Under the pieces are notes generated by a model. That model did no database searches. It was not told the DNA's origin and was given only the letters and a program-made list of their open reading frames with translations. The position numbers and the translations under genes are program-made. 64,000 nt of DNA, from positions 43,955 through 107,954 of the IMG/VR virus record IMGVR_UViG_3300012344_000001. One strand, 5' to 3'. Origin of the DNA: a virus. Its lineage: Duplodnaviria; Caudoviricetes. Below are positions 37,745 through 46,076 of the stretch, in pieces; position 1 is the first letter of the stretch, and each line of letters begins with the position of its first letter.

Positions 37745-37995
37745 GGCAGGGGTTTAATCGCTATACGGCTTGACGCCCCATCAAACATCCGTATCCGCTA
37801 TTGCCGTTCGCAACAATGCCCGTCCATGTAGTAATTCGACGGGATGATTTCGACACTTTGTATACCGAACGAAACCTTTGCCTGTTGCCGCGAAATATCG
37901 GTTTTGGCTTAACGCGCCCCGTGGAACACGCCAGTGTCACGCCCTTTCGGGCTGGTAGTCGGGTTATTTTAGGTGTCACCGACTATTCCACCGAA
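37745..37995 (-). ncRNA. Unknown structured RNA, copy 2
   Basis: Starts right after promoter TTGACA-17 nt-TATTAT (about 38004-38033); core shared with copy 1; several hairpins. Confidence 0.6.
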
Positions 37996-38010
37996 CATGA
38001 TATTATAATA

Positions 38011-38238
38011 TCACACAACTTGCGCTTTGTCAAGTCCCTTTGCAAGTTCAAAGAAGCAGGTGTGGCTACCATAATCAAACCAATAATGGTCTGAAAATTC
38101 GCACCAGCGGACATAGAACGACTGAAAGTCGTGTTCTTTGCACCAGTCGCCAATCATATCAAGGGCTTCGTTTACGTTGTCAGCGTTTCCAACGAACGTG
38201 CGGTCGCCTTTTCTGTCAAGCCATTCAAGACGCATCAA
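38011..38238 (-). CDS. Hypothetical protein, tail AQVV
   Basis: YVRW..FDYGSHTCFF; tail overlaps a promoter. Confidence 0.6.
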   Translation of the reverse strand: MMRLEWLDRKGDRTFVGNADNVNEALDMIGDWCKEHDFQSFYVRWCEFSDHYWFDYGSHTCFFELAKGLDKAQVV

Positions 38239-38486
38239 TCGTCACCTTCCATCCGCGTCAGTTCGTAGATACTGTTGCGTGTCACGATGCGAATATCGCC
38301 TTCGCACAGATAGTCTACTTCCTGAATTGTGGACGTGTGGACACCACCACCATCGACAGGGCGAATATAGCCACGTTCGCCAACGTTGATATTTTCAAGG
38401 TCGGTTACAACCTTGCCGTTGACCAATTCGTGGACATAGGTTAATTCGCGACCTTCGCGGGGATAGACATTGCAATAATACTTCAC
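38235..38486 (-). CDS. Hypothetical protein
   Basis: HTSTIQEV...TRNSIYEL; probable GTG start. Confidence 0.55.
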   Translation of the reverse strand: MKYYCNVYPREGRELTYVHELVNGKVVTDLENINVGERGYIRPVDGGGVHTSTIQEVDYLCEGDIRIVTRNSIYELTRMEGDD

Positions 38487-38797
38487 AGAATCTTCGCCAC
38501 CTTTCTTTCGGGGATGTAAAATGTTCCGATTGTACGCCAATTTTCATGTTCGGATGGATACCAGTCAAGGTCACTATCCCAGCCGTTATATTCACCGTCT
38601 TGGTTAAACCAAAGGTAGTTGCCGTGCCAATACGCTTTGCCGATTTTTCTAAGAAAAGATACGGCGTCATTGTTTGATTCGACAAACACAACAACTTCTG
38701 AAAAATCTATAAACGGAATCGTTTTTATGTCGGCTATGCTATCAAGTTTTTGCCAGTTCAACTTAACGCCACCAATTTCTTTGCGAAGATTCATCAT
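38483..38797 (-). CDS. Hypothetical protein, tail AKIL
   Basis: Coupled ORF. Confidence 0.65.
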   Translation of the reverse strand: MMNLRKEIGGVKLNWQKLDSIADIKTIPFIDFSEVVVFVESNNDAVSFLRKIGKAYWHGNYLWFNQDGEYNGWDSDLDWYPSEHENWRTIGTFYIPERKVAKIL

Positions 38798-39033
38798 GTT
38801 TTCACCCACTTCTTGCGATAGAAATTGGTTTTGTCCTGCTTCTTGAACCACTTGTTCACGGCTTCCACCAACGACTTATTGCAATCCGCACACATCTTAA
38901 TGCGCGGTTCAAAGTCAAGGTGCCAGTCGGCAGTTCCAGCGATTTGGTTCATGTTTGCCACATATTCCACCTGCATATTGTTGCCACAAATGGGGCAGGC
39001 GGGAATCAGTTTTTCGGCTTTTGGTCTTGCCAT
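38794..39033 (-). CDS. Zinc-ribbon protein
   Basis: CPICG...CADC. Confidence 0.6.
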   Translation of the reverse strand: MARPKAEKLIPACPICGNNMQVEYVANMNQIAGTADWHLDFEPRIKMCADCNKSLVEAVNKWFKKQDKTNFYRKKWVKT

Positions 39034-39034
39034 A

Positions 39035-39268
39035 TCACACCACCCTTGCTTTCACGCGAACAATGTGAAGGATGTTCGGATTGCCGGTAAACCAGTGTGG
39101 TTCACAGGTGCTATATTTGCCCAGCTTTTCGCCAACCCTATCGCCGTCGCGAAAGTGTGTACAAATAAGTCTTACTCCAACAGCAGATGTTTCCAGCACA
39201 GTCCAGACACGACCTTTATTGCCATCAGAAAACACAAGGTCGCCCTTGCGAAAGTCCGAAAATTTCAT
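39035..39268 (-). CDS. SH3-like small protein, tail ARVV
   Basis: DFRKGDLVFS; paralog of 45317. Confidence 0.7.
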   Translation of the reverse strand: MKFSDFRKGDLVFSDGNKGRVWTVLETSAVGVRLICTHFRDGDRVGEKLGKYSTCEPHWFTGNPNILHIVRVKARVV

Positions 39269-39471
39269 AAGACCACCGCCTTATTTTGCACCAGCTCGAA
39301 ACAATTTCCGTCCACAGGATATGTGTAGCCAGAATAGCGTCCTTCTAAAACCTTAACACGGATAGCACAATTCATTTTGTGCGCTTCGGTCACTTCGCAC
39401 TTGACGTGATAATTTGTAATGTCATAGATGCCATTTCTTTTGCACCAGACGATTTGTCCGACCTTGAACAT
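39265..39471 (-). CDS. SH3-like small protein, tail AVVL
   Basis: FKVGQIVWC..YHVKC. Confidence 0.7.
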   Translation of the reverse strand: MFKVGQIVWCKRNGIYDITNYHVKCEVTEAHKMNCAIRVKVLEGRYSGYTYPVDGNCFELVQNKAVVL

Positions 39472-39473
39472 GA

Positions 39474-39761
39474 TTACACCACCTTCGCCGACCGCGGTCT
39501 GTCGAATGACAGAACGGAATATTCGCGTCCTTCAAAATATCCCTTGCCATTTTTAATGTCATAACAATTATTCGGGCACACCGTATACCCCGCGTATTTG
39601 TTGAAAATGAACCGGTACGCAATAACGTCTGAATAGTCATTTATTGCGCCGCTGTATTTCTGTCGAATACGCTTGTATAGTTCTTTTGTATTCTTGTTGA
39701 AAACAACGATTGCGAAGTCGTGGTTTTGGATGAAATTAACAGCCTTATCAAAATCATTCAT
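39474..39761 (-). CDS. Hypothetical protein, tail AKVV
   Basis: First gene after a promoter at about 39787-39816. Confidence 0.65.
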   Translation of the reverse strand: MNDFDKAVNFIQNHDFAIVVFNKNTKELYKRIRQKYSGAINDYSDVIAYRFIFNKYAGYTVCPNNCYDIKNGKGYFEGREYSVLSFDRPRSAKVV

Positions 39762-39812
39762 TTTTTGTTCACCGTCCTTATGGTATTATATTACCACAAA
39801 ATAAAGTTGTTG

Positions 39813-40358
39813 TCAAGCCCATCCGCAGAAGTCGCTGATTTCGTTCAGTGTTCGTGGCGTATAATCCATCAACGGATTCATACACCCCACGTTAAACGAA
39901 CGCATCTGCTTTTCGTAATGCTTTTCCCAAGCGCGGCGATATGCGTCAAACAATCCATCTTCAAATGAATTGTGGACGTGTCCGTACAGGTGGTAATATC
40001 CGTGCGTCATATTTTTATAAGACGCGATAGGAAAATGCGACAGAATGACGTGGCGATTATTATCAACAATTTCAGCAAACGGCAGAATTTCCTTCCAATC
40101 GGCGGTCGGCTTATAATCGTGGTTACCGCGAATCAGAATCTTTTCGCCATTCAACTGTTGAAGAATTGCGCTTTCTTCTGCGGGCTTTAGCCATGAAAAA
40201 TCGCCAAGGTGGTAAACCGTATCAGTCGGCTTCACCGCTTCATTCCAGCGCTTGATAAGGTCGGCGTCCATTTCAGCAACAGTGAAGTATGGGCGATTGT
40301 CATATTTCAGTATGTTCTTGTGTCCGAAGTGCGTGTCGGAGATATAAAAGTTAGCCAT
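39813..40358 (-). CDS. Calcineurin-like phosphoesterase
   Basis: SDTHFGH, LGDF, GNHD, SHFP, YGHVH, NVG. Confidence 0.85.
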   Translation of the reverse strand: MANFYISDTHFGHKNILKYDNRPYFTVAEMDADLIKRWNEAVKPTDTVYHLGDFSWLKPAEESAILQQLNGEKILIRGNHDYKPTADWKEILPFAEIVDNNRHVILSHFPIASYKNMTHGYYHLYGHVHNSFEDGLFDAYRRAWEKHYEKQMRSFNVGCMNPLMDYTPRTLNEISDFCGWA

Positions 40359-40574
40359 CAGAAGTGCTCCTTAATGTATTCTTCTGCTTTTGCAAGTTTT
40401 GCCTGCGTAGCTTGCAATTCTTCAAGAACTGCGCTCGCTTCTGCCCTTGCGTCCCTATAAAGTTCAACGCGATAATCAAGGTCGTGCGCTAAATTTTCAA
40501 TGGCGTCGGCAGCCTGTCGACATAGCTTCTTATTGAAATGCGCGTGTCGCAGCTTGTATACGGTGTACCAAATA

Positions 40575-41096
40575 TCAACCATGGTGTTCGCCCCTTTCTA
40601 AATCCTCATATTGGTAATAAAAACCGTCAACGCGGCAGGAATCTTCAAATTTGCCCTTGCATAGTTCACACATGACCGTCAGGCTGATATAATTCGCTTT
40701 TGCCGCCTTTGTCGCAGACGGGTAGATTTCAACAATCGTGCGGTCGTACAACATTTTAAGCACGGGCTTGCGCCTGTTGCTGGCAGACATTTGCGCAGTT
40801 TCTTCTTTTGTAGCGAACCGTAGATTTGACAGTCGATTGTCGTACTTCATGCCGTTCTTATGGACAATATTGTAGCCTTCGATACGCCCACCCATAAAGG
40901 CATCTGCCATCAGATTTACCACGGGCACAGAAATTTTCACGCCGTCTGCGCGGGTCATTGTGACGCGCGTCCGCTTCTGCCCGCAGGTATACTGGCGCAG
41001 GTCATGTGCGAAACCGTATGCGTCTATCCAACGCACCTGTCCATCTTCGTTGATTTGATAGACGTATTTATAACCGTCAATGTTTACCCAGTCCAT
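40575..41096 (-). CDS. HNH endonuclease with NUMOD-type domains
   Basis: HKNGMKYDNRLSNL; IYPSATKAAK. Confidence 0.7.
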   Translation of the reverse strand: MDWVNIDGYKYVYQINEDGQVRWIDAYGFAHDLRQYTCGQKRTRVTMTRADGVKISVPVVNLMADAFMGGRIEGYNIVHKNGMKYDNRLSNLRFATKEETAQMSASNRRKPVLKMLYDRTIVEIYPSATKAAKANYISLTVMCELCKGKFEDSCRVDGFYYQYEDLERGEHHG

Positions 41097-41136
41097 TGCA
41101 CACCTCTAAAATCGGCTAAAAGAAGCCTGTCTCATG

Positions 41137-42375
41137 GTGAACTACACACGATGATAAAGCACCGGTGCTTCCTAATCAATATCTCTAACGAGACAAGTTT
41201 ACTTAGGCTATCCCCGTAGTTCCTACGGTTCTTATTCTCAATCCTTCATTAAGAATATTTATTGCAGCGTTAATGCCTCTATCGTGAACAGTTCCACATT
41301 GCGGACACACCCATTCTCTAACAGACAAATCCTTTATTTCTGTATTTTTGTATCCGCATTTACTACACAACTGCGAACTTGGATACCACGAATCAATTTT
41401 CACAATTTCTCTTCCGTACCAGTTTGCTTTGTATTCCAGTTGTCGTACAAATTCTGACCATGATACATCAGCAATAGACTTAGCGAGTTTATGATTTTTC
41501 ATCATATTCTTAACTTTCAATGTTTCCAGACATATGACTTGGTTTTCATCAATCAGTCTTTTTGAAAGTTTGTTTAGAAAGTCCTTGCGTTGATTCGTTA
41601 TTTTCTCGTGACAACGTGCAACTTTAATTCTACATTTCTCTCGATTTTTACTTCCTTTTTTACAACGAGACAAGTCTTTCTGCAACTTCCGCAGTTTCTT
41701 TTCTGATTTTTTCAAGTATTTCGGATTTTCAATCACTTTGCCATCAGAAGTGGTTGCGAACCCCTTGATTCCCAAATCTATTCCAAGTTCAGAATCACAT
41801 GGAATTTTCTTTGGAATATCTTCTTGTTCAACAAGAACCGAAACATAATATTTTCCCGATGGCGTTCTTGTAATGGTAGCGTGTTTGATTGTTCCAAAAA
41901 AATTCCTGTGTTTCTTAATCCTGACAAGTCCAATTTTCGGAAGGTTAATGTGTCGTTCTGTCACGCGGATATTGGCTTGATTTGTAGTATAAGAATCATA
42001 TCGCGTTTTCTTACTTTTGAATTTTGGGAACCCAACTTCTGGTCGCTTGAAGAAGTTGTTGTACGCTGTCCGTAAATTCATCTGAGCATTTGACAACGCT
42101 TGCGCATCGACTTCTCGAAGCCATGGAAATTCGTCTTTATATTGGGCTGGCGTATTTTTCAGGTTTTGTTTTGTCTTATTGTAAAACTCGATTTTATCAG
42201 CAAGCATACGATTGTAGATAAATCTGACGCAACCGAAGCATTTTGAAAAATAAGTTTTCTGTTCTTCATTTGGATACATTCTATATTTGTAGGCAATCAA
42301 CATATCTACAATCACTTCCTTTCCGATATAGTTCTCTTTCTTTTGCCGACTATGCTAAAGCATAGCGGATATCTT
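41137..42375 (-). mobile_element. tnpB-only IS200/IS605-family element
   Basis: Left-end hairpin CCGCTATGCT-TT-AGCATAGTCGG at about 42346-42368; right end ..TAGTTCAC at about 41137; lower GC than flanks. Confidence 0.7.
41203..42315 (-). CDS. tnpB: TnpB with RuvC-III Asp replaced by Gly (HDRGINAA)
   Basis: [41 protein letters not shown]. Confidence 0.9.
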   Translation of the reverse strand: MIVDMLIAYKYRMYPNEEQKTYFSKCFGCVRFIYNRMLADKIEFYNKTKQNLKNTPAQYKDEFPWLREVDAQALSNAQMNLRTAYNNFFKRPEVGFPKFKSKKTRYDSYTTNQANIRVTERHINLPKIGLVRIKKHRNFFGTIKHATITRTPSGKYYVSVLVEQEDIPKKIPCDSELGIDLGIKGFATTSDGKVIENPKYLKKSEKKLRKLQKDLSRCKKGSKNREKCRIKVARCHEKITNQRKDFLNKLSKRLIDENQVICLETLKVKNMMKNHKLAKSIADVSWSEFVRQLEYKANWYGREIVKIDSWYPSSQLCSKCGYKNTEIKDLSVREWVCPQCGTVHDRGINAAINILNEGLRIRTVGTTGIA

Positions 42376-42794
42376 TGATTTCATGTTATACTGATAGTAT
42401 AGCACAAAAACAGGCTTCTGTCAAGCTTATTTCAGAAGTGCGCCTTCGGGTCTGTGGCAATCGTTCCACGTTCTAATAGGAAAGGCGTCAAACGCACAGC
42501 GGCGGATTACCTTGCGATGCTTTACGCCGCCAACGGTTTCTTCTGAAATTATGGTTTCGGTTGTAGGGAAATAGATGCAATTCGGATTACATTCCATTGT
42601 CATCATCCTTCGACATGATATATCGTGCCCATGTATACGAGCTGTATGTGATAACGCAAAAGGTGTACAGCAGGAATACAGTAAGCCATGTCGGCTGTCC
42701 GCCATGCGTAGCGTCATAGATTCCGCTTGCGATACCAGCGACAATGCAAATCCATGTCAGACGATTAAAAATCTTTTCAACTTTTGTCATAAAA

Positions 42795-43331
42795 TCAACC
42801 CCTTCTTATTTCTTCAAAAACGATTTGTTCCGGAAGCACATGATGACACACATAGACGCTGCTGAATGGCGGGTTGAAGCTGGGCTTCTGGTCGGCGTAA
42901 TCCTTGAAAAACGAAATGCGCTTATTGAAATACATCAGTTCAAATTCGTTGTCGCGAAACATTTCAAAGCGTGCCTGCGATTCAAACAGTCCAACAACGC
43001 CGACAAGCATAGCAAACGGCGTCCCGATTTTAAAAAGACATTGGAACACTTGTTGTTTAAGGCTAAACGGCGGATTGCTGATGATATAGTCGCACTTTGG
43101 CGGTTTGATAGTGAAGAAATCGCCACCAAAATCAATGTGTGTTGCAATCACGTCGTGTCCAGCTTCGCGCAACAGTTTGACGTAGTTACTTTCTTCCGTG
43201 TCGAACGGACACCAAATCGTGCTATTCGGCTTCAAATATTTGACTATCGGCTTAATCGCATAGGGGGGGGTGTAGTATTCATTGTTGCCACTACCCGCCA
43301 CAACGTCCATTTTCATGTCACGCCTCCGCAA
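42795..43331 (-). CDS. N6-adenine DNA methyltransferase (small phage type)
   Basis: EYYTPPYA, IWCPFD, DFF, SNPPFS. Confidence 0.8.
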   Translation of the reverse strand: MRRRDMKMDVVAGSGNNEYYTPPYAIKPIVKYLKPNSTIWCPFDTEESNYVKLLREAGHDVIATHIDFGGDFFTIKPPKCDYIISNPPFSLKQQVFQCLFKIGTPFAMLVGVVGLFESQARFEMFRDNEFELMYFNKRISFFKDYADQKPSFNPPFSSVYVCHHVLPEQIVFEEIRRG

Positions 43332-44283
43332 TCAGCTTTGCCCGCGTTGCAGGGCCAACAGAACCATCGACCGCAAGACCGCGCGACTTCTGATACGCCT
43401 TAACCGCCGCATAACAACCACCGCCAAAACTGCCGTCGATGCCCTTGGGGTCAAAGCCGCAATAGACCAACTGCCACTGTAGCCAGCGGACATCATCGCC
43501 CGTGCAACCACGAACAAGGGTTCGCTTCGGAACGGGATAGGGATTTTTTCCGTCTACCTTATTGGTGATGATAAGTGCGGTGGAAATCCTGCGATTTTCC
43601 AGCGTAGCGTGCTTAATAGAACCGTCAACACGCATGATTTCGCTTCCACCGCCGTCAAATTTCAGCACGTCTGTGAAGCCAAGGGCGTGGAACTTCTTGA
43701 AAGCTTCCTTGGACGTAATCATATTGCCAGTGCTGGTATGCCAATCCATGACATAGATGGTGTCAGAACCACGCTTCAAGCCGACAAAAATGTGGTAGGT
43801 GTTATAGACCTCGCCGCCCTTCCAGCCGCAACCGATTACGTCGTTCTGATAGTTAGACGCAACGCCGTTCTTCATGATGGAAATTCCAGTCGCGCAGTAG
43901 TCATATTCCGGCTTCGGATGGTCGATGCGTTCGATGACTGGCTTACCGTTGGCGATAGCGAAAACATCAACAGCCTTGTGATAAAAGCTGTTCCATTGCG
44001 CGCCCCACAAGTCGTAGAAGTCGCAGGTGTATTTGCCGTCGGCGAACTTGCCATTCTGCCCGCAGATTTCGCGCGTCTTTGCACCAATGGTGGCGACATT
44101 GCAAACGGTCGCGCCAACGGGATATGTGTATTTCTGACCGTTCTGTGTTCCAGCGGAGAAGAAGCCAAGGTTCACATAGGTGGAATCGGTGATGTTCTTC
44201 TTGGTTTTGTCAACCATGACGATTGATGCTTCAGCGGGTTGACATTCGATAATTTTGATGCCATTTGAAACGTAATATTTCAA
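43318..44283 (-). CDS. Phosphodiester-glycosidase-like domain plus peptidoglycan-binding domain
   Basis: VNLGFF, FDGGGS; C-terminal GDDVRWLQ..IDGSFG..AVKAYQ..VDGSVGPAT. Confidence 0.7.
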   Translation of the reverse strand: MKYYVSNGIKIIECQPAEASIVMVDKTKKNITDSTYVNLGFFSAGTQNGQKYTYPVGATVCNVATIGAKTREICGQNGKFADGKYTCDFYDLWGAQWNSFYHKAVDVFAIANGKPVIERIDHPKPEYDYCATGISIMKNGVASNYQNDVIGCGWKGGEVYNTYHIFVGLKRGSDTIYVMDWHTSTGNMITSKEAFKKFHALGFTDVLKFDGGGSEIMRVDGSIKHATLENRRISTALIITNKVDGKNPYPVPKRTLVRGCTGDDVRWLQWQLVYCGFDPKGIDGSFGGGCYAAVKAYQKSRGLAVDGSVGPATRAKLIAEA

Positions 44284-44289
44284 ATCAAA

Positions 44290-44985
44290 TCACCCCTTAT
44301 ATTGAAATAATTTTTCGACACGCATAAACGTGTTTCCACCTTGATTATCAAGCTGGCGGCGAAGCGGCTTTTCCCACACACAAACGAAATCTTCTGGCGC
44401 AGATTCTTCGCTGATAAACACGTTGGCGCGCTTTGAAATTTCGCGCATATATTCCCAAAAACCTTCTGTGTCGAATGCACCAGTAGCATAGCCCGTCACG
44501 TTTTTATACGGCGGGTCGCTATAAACAACGGCGCCGTCTGGAATTTCAACTTCGCGATAATCGCCACATAAAAAAGTTGCGGTCTTAACACCTTCAAAAT
44601 CTTTCATTAACGACACCTTTGGCGTCTTGCAGAAGTCGTCGCCGCGATGTTCGCGGGCGAGTCCACCCCACCATTTGCCACCATAAGAACAACCAAAGCC
44701 AACAAAGCCAGCAAGCCCCATATCGTCGTTTTGGCGCGCCTTTATTTTAAGATAGTCGCCAGTGGTTATAATATCAGGGAAGTTGCGTTCGTTCTGGAGG
44801 TCACGCCACATAGCTATAAGGTGTGGGTGCAAATCGTTCAAGATTTTTACATCGAAATCCAAGAGCGATTCTACGGCACAAGAGCCACAAAAAAGCGATA
44901 TGAGCGGTTGATTGTGGTCGGCGTTTGCGTTAATATATTCGGCAATGTCGCGCTTAATCCGCGATTTCCCGCCTAAATATCGCAT
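44290..44985 (-). CDS. D12-class (Dam-like) DNA adenine methyltransferase
   Basis: YLGGK, LFCGS, ILND, DPPY. Confidence 0.85.
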   Translation of the reverse strand: MRYLGGKSRIKRDIAEYINANADHNQPLISLFCGSCAVESLLDFDVKILNDLHPHLIAMWRDLQNERNFPDIITTGDYLKIKARQNDDMGLAGFVGFGCSYGGKWWGGLAREHRGDDFCKTPKVSLMKDFEGVKTATFLCGDYREVEIPDGAVVYSDPPYKNVTGYATGAFDTEGFWEYMREISKRANVFISEESAPEDFVCVWEKPLRRQLDNQGGNTFMRVEKLFQYKG

Positions 44986-44987
44986 AA

Positions 44988-45320
44988 TCACACCACCTTT
45001 GCTTTTTGTTCTGGTACATTCCACGGATAAAACGCCACTTCCCAAAGCGCGCCGTTATATTTTGCGCGATATTTGTCATGCGAATATTGGATTCGCGTGA
45101 TAACATATTCGATTCCGAACGCGGTATCACGAAACCGATAACCGTCTGGAAAGCGCGGCGAAACGAACTTAACGGACGACATCTTCATGCGAAGTTTCAC
45201 ACCGCTGTCAACAATAAAACGGGCGCGGTCGTTTTCGTCTGGCATGTCAATAATCCAAACGTGGCGACCATAGAATTTTGAATTTTTATTTGTGATGATA
45301 TATTTGTCCAGATAGTTCAT
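44988..45320 (-). CDS. SH3-like protein, tail AKVV
   Basis: ITNKNSKFYG; similar to 27835. Confidence 0.65.
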   Translation of the reverse strand: MNYLDKYIITNKNSKFYGRHVWIIDMPDENDRARFIVDSGVKLRMKMSSVKFVSPRFPDGYRFRDTAFGIEYVITRIQYSHDKYRAKYNGALWEVAFYPWNVPEQKAKVV

Positions 45321-45547
45321 ACTACTTTCGCCACCTTTCTTCTGTGTAAGCGTAGATTGTACGCATCTGCGCTACGCCAATACGGTTCAGAACCTGAGTC
45401 GGGATAGATTTTGTCACCAGCGCGCTTATAGTTCGGAACAAGCCTAACGCGATTGTCATAGCGGTCAATTTCGACGACCGTGTAAGCATAATGGACGTTT
45501 TCCGTAGAAAACAAGATGTCGCCAACGTGATAGTCCCCAATCGTCAT
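45317..45547 (-). CDS. SH3-like small protein, tail AKVV
   Basis: DYHVGDILFS. Confidence 0.7.
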   Translation of the reverse strand: MTIGDYHVGDILFSTENVHYAYTVVEIDRYDNRVRLVPNYKRAGDKIYPDSGSEPYWRSADAYNLRLHRRKVAKVV

Positions 45548-45780
45548 AATACCACCGCCTTCTTTTGGACTTTTCGACAGAAATTTTCGGGGAATACGGT
45601 ATACGCGCCGCCAATGTGTGAGAAATGGCGTTGCAGATTATGGTCATATTTTTCAACGGTTTGCACTGTGACTGTGCGCGACGCGTCGTTCTTATGCGTA
45701 ACCTTATAACGATACGTTTTATCTTCGGAATCGGCAATCAAAATATCGCCTATGTTGATTTCGTTGTAAGTCACAGTCAC
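45544..45780 (-). CDS. SH3-like small protein, tail AVVL
   Basis: EINIGDILIA. Confidence 0.7.
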   Translation of the reverse strand: MTVTYNEINIGDILIADSEDKTYRYKVTHKNDASRTVTVQTVEKYDHNLQRHFSHIGGAYTVFPENFCRKVQKKAVVL

Positions 45781-46022
45781 ACCACCTTTGCACCGAAATA
45801 TACGCCGATTTTGTTCGCTTCTGCCATCGTGCGTTCGCCATGGTCAATTCGCCACTTCATAACGCGAAGCAACTGTGCGCGTTTCTTAGGATTGCAATTC
45901 CACGCTTCCGTGATAGAATAGCACCTGCCCAATACTTGCTGCATACAACAAGTGTTGTTACAGGCCGAACCACCGCAGATAAAGCTACAAACGTTGCTAC
46001 CCTCAACATTGTCAAAACGCAT
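45777..46022 (-). CDS. Cys-rich small protein, tail AKVV
   Basis: ICGGSACNNTCC. Confidence 0.7.
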   Translation of the reverse strand: MRFDNVEGSNVCSFICGGSACNNTCCMQQVLGRCYSITEAWNCNPKKRAQLLRVMKWRIDHGERTMAEANKIGVYFGAKVV

Positions 46023-46047
46023 GATACTTTCACCACCTTATGATGGT

Positions 46048-46076
46048 ATTATATCATGCGTTTTAACTTTTGTCAA
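46048..46076 (-). promoter_or_regulatory. Sigma-A promoter overlapping the dnaE stop codon
   Basis: TTGACA-17 nt-TATAAT; one of more than 20 near-consensus minus-strand promoters in the window. Confidence 0.8.
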
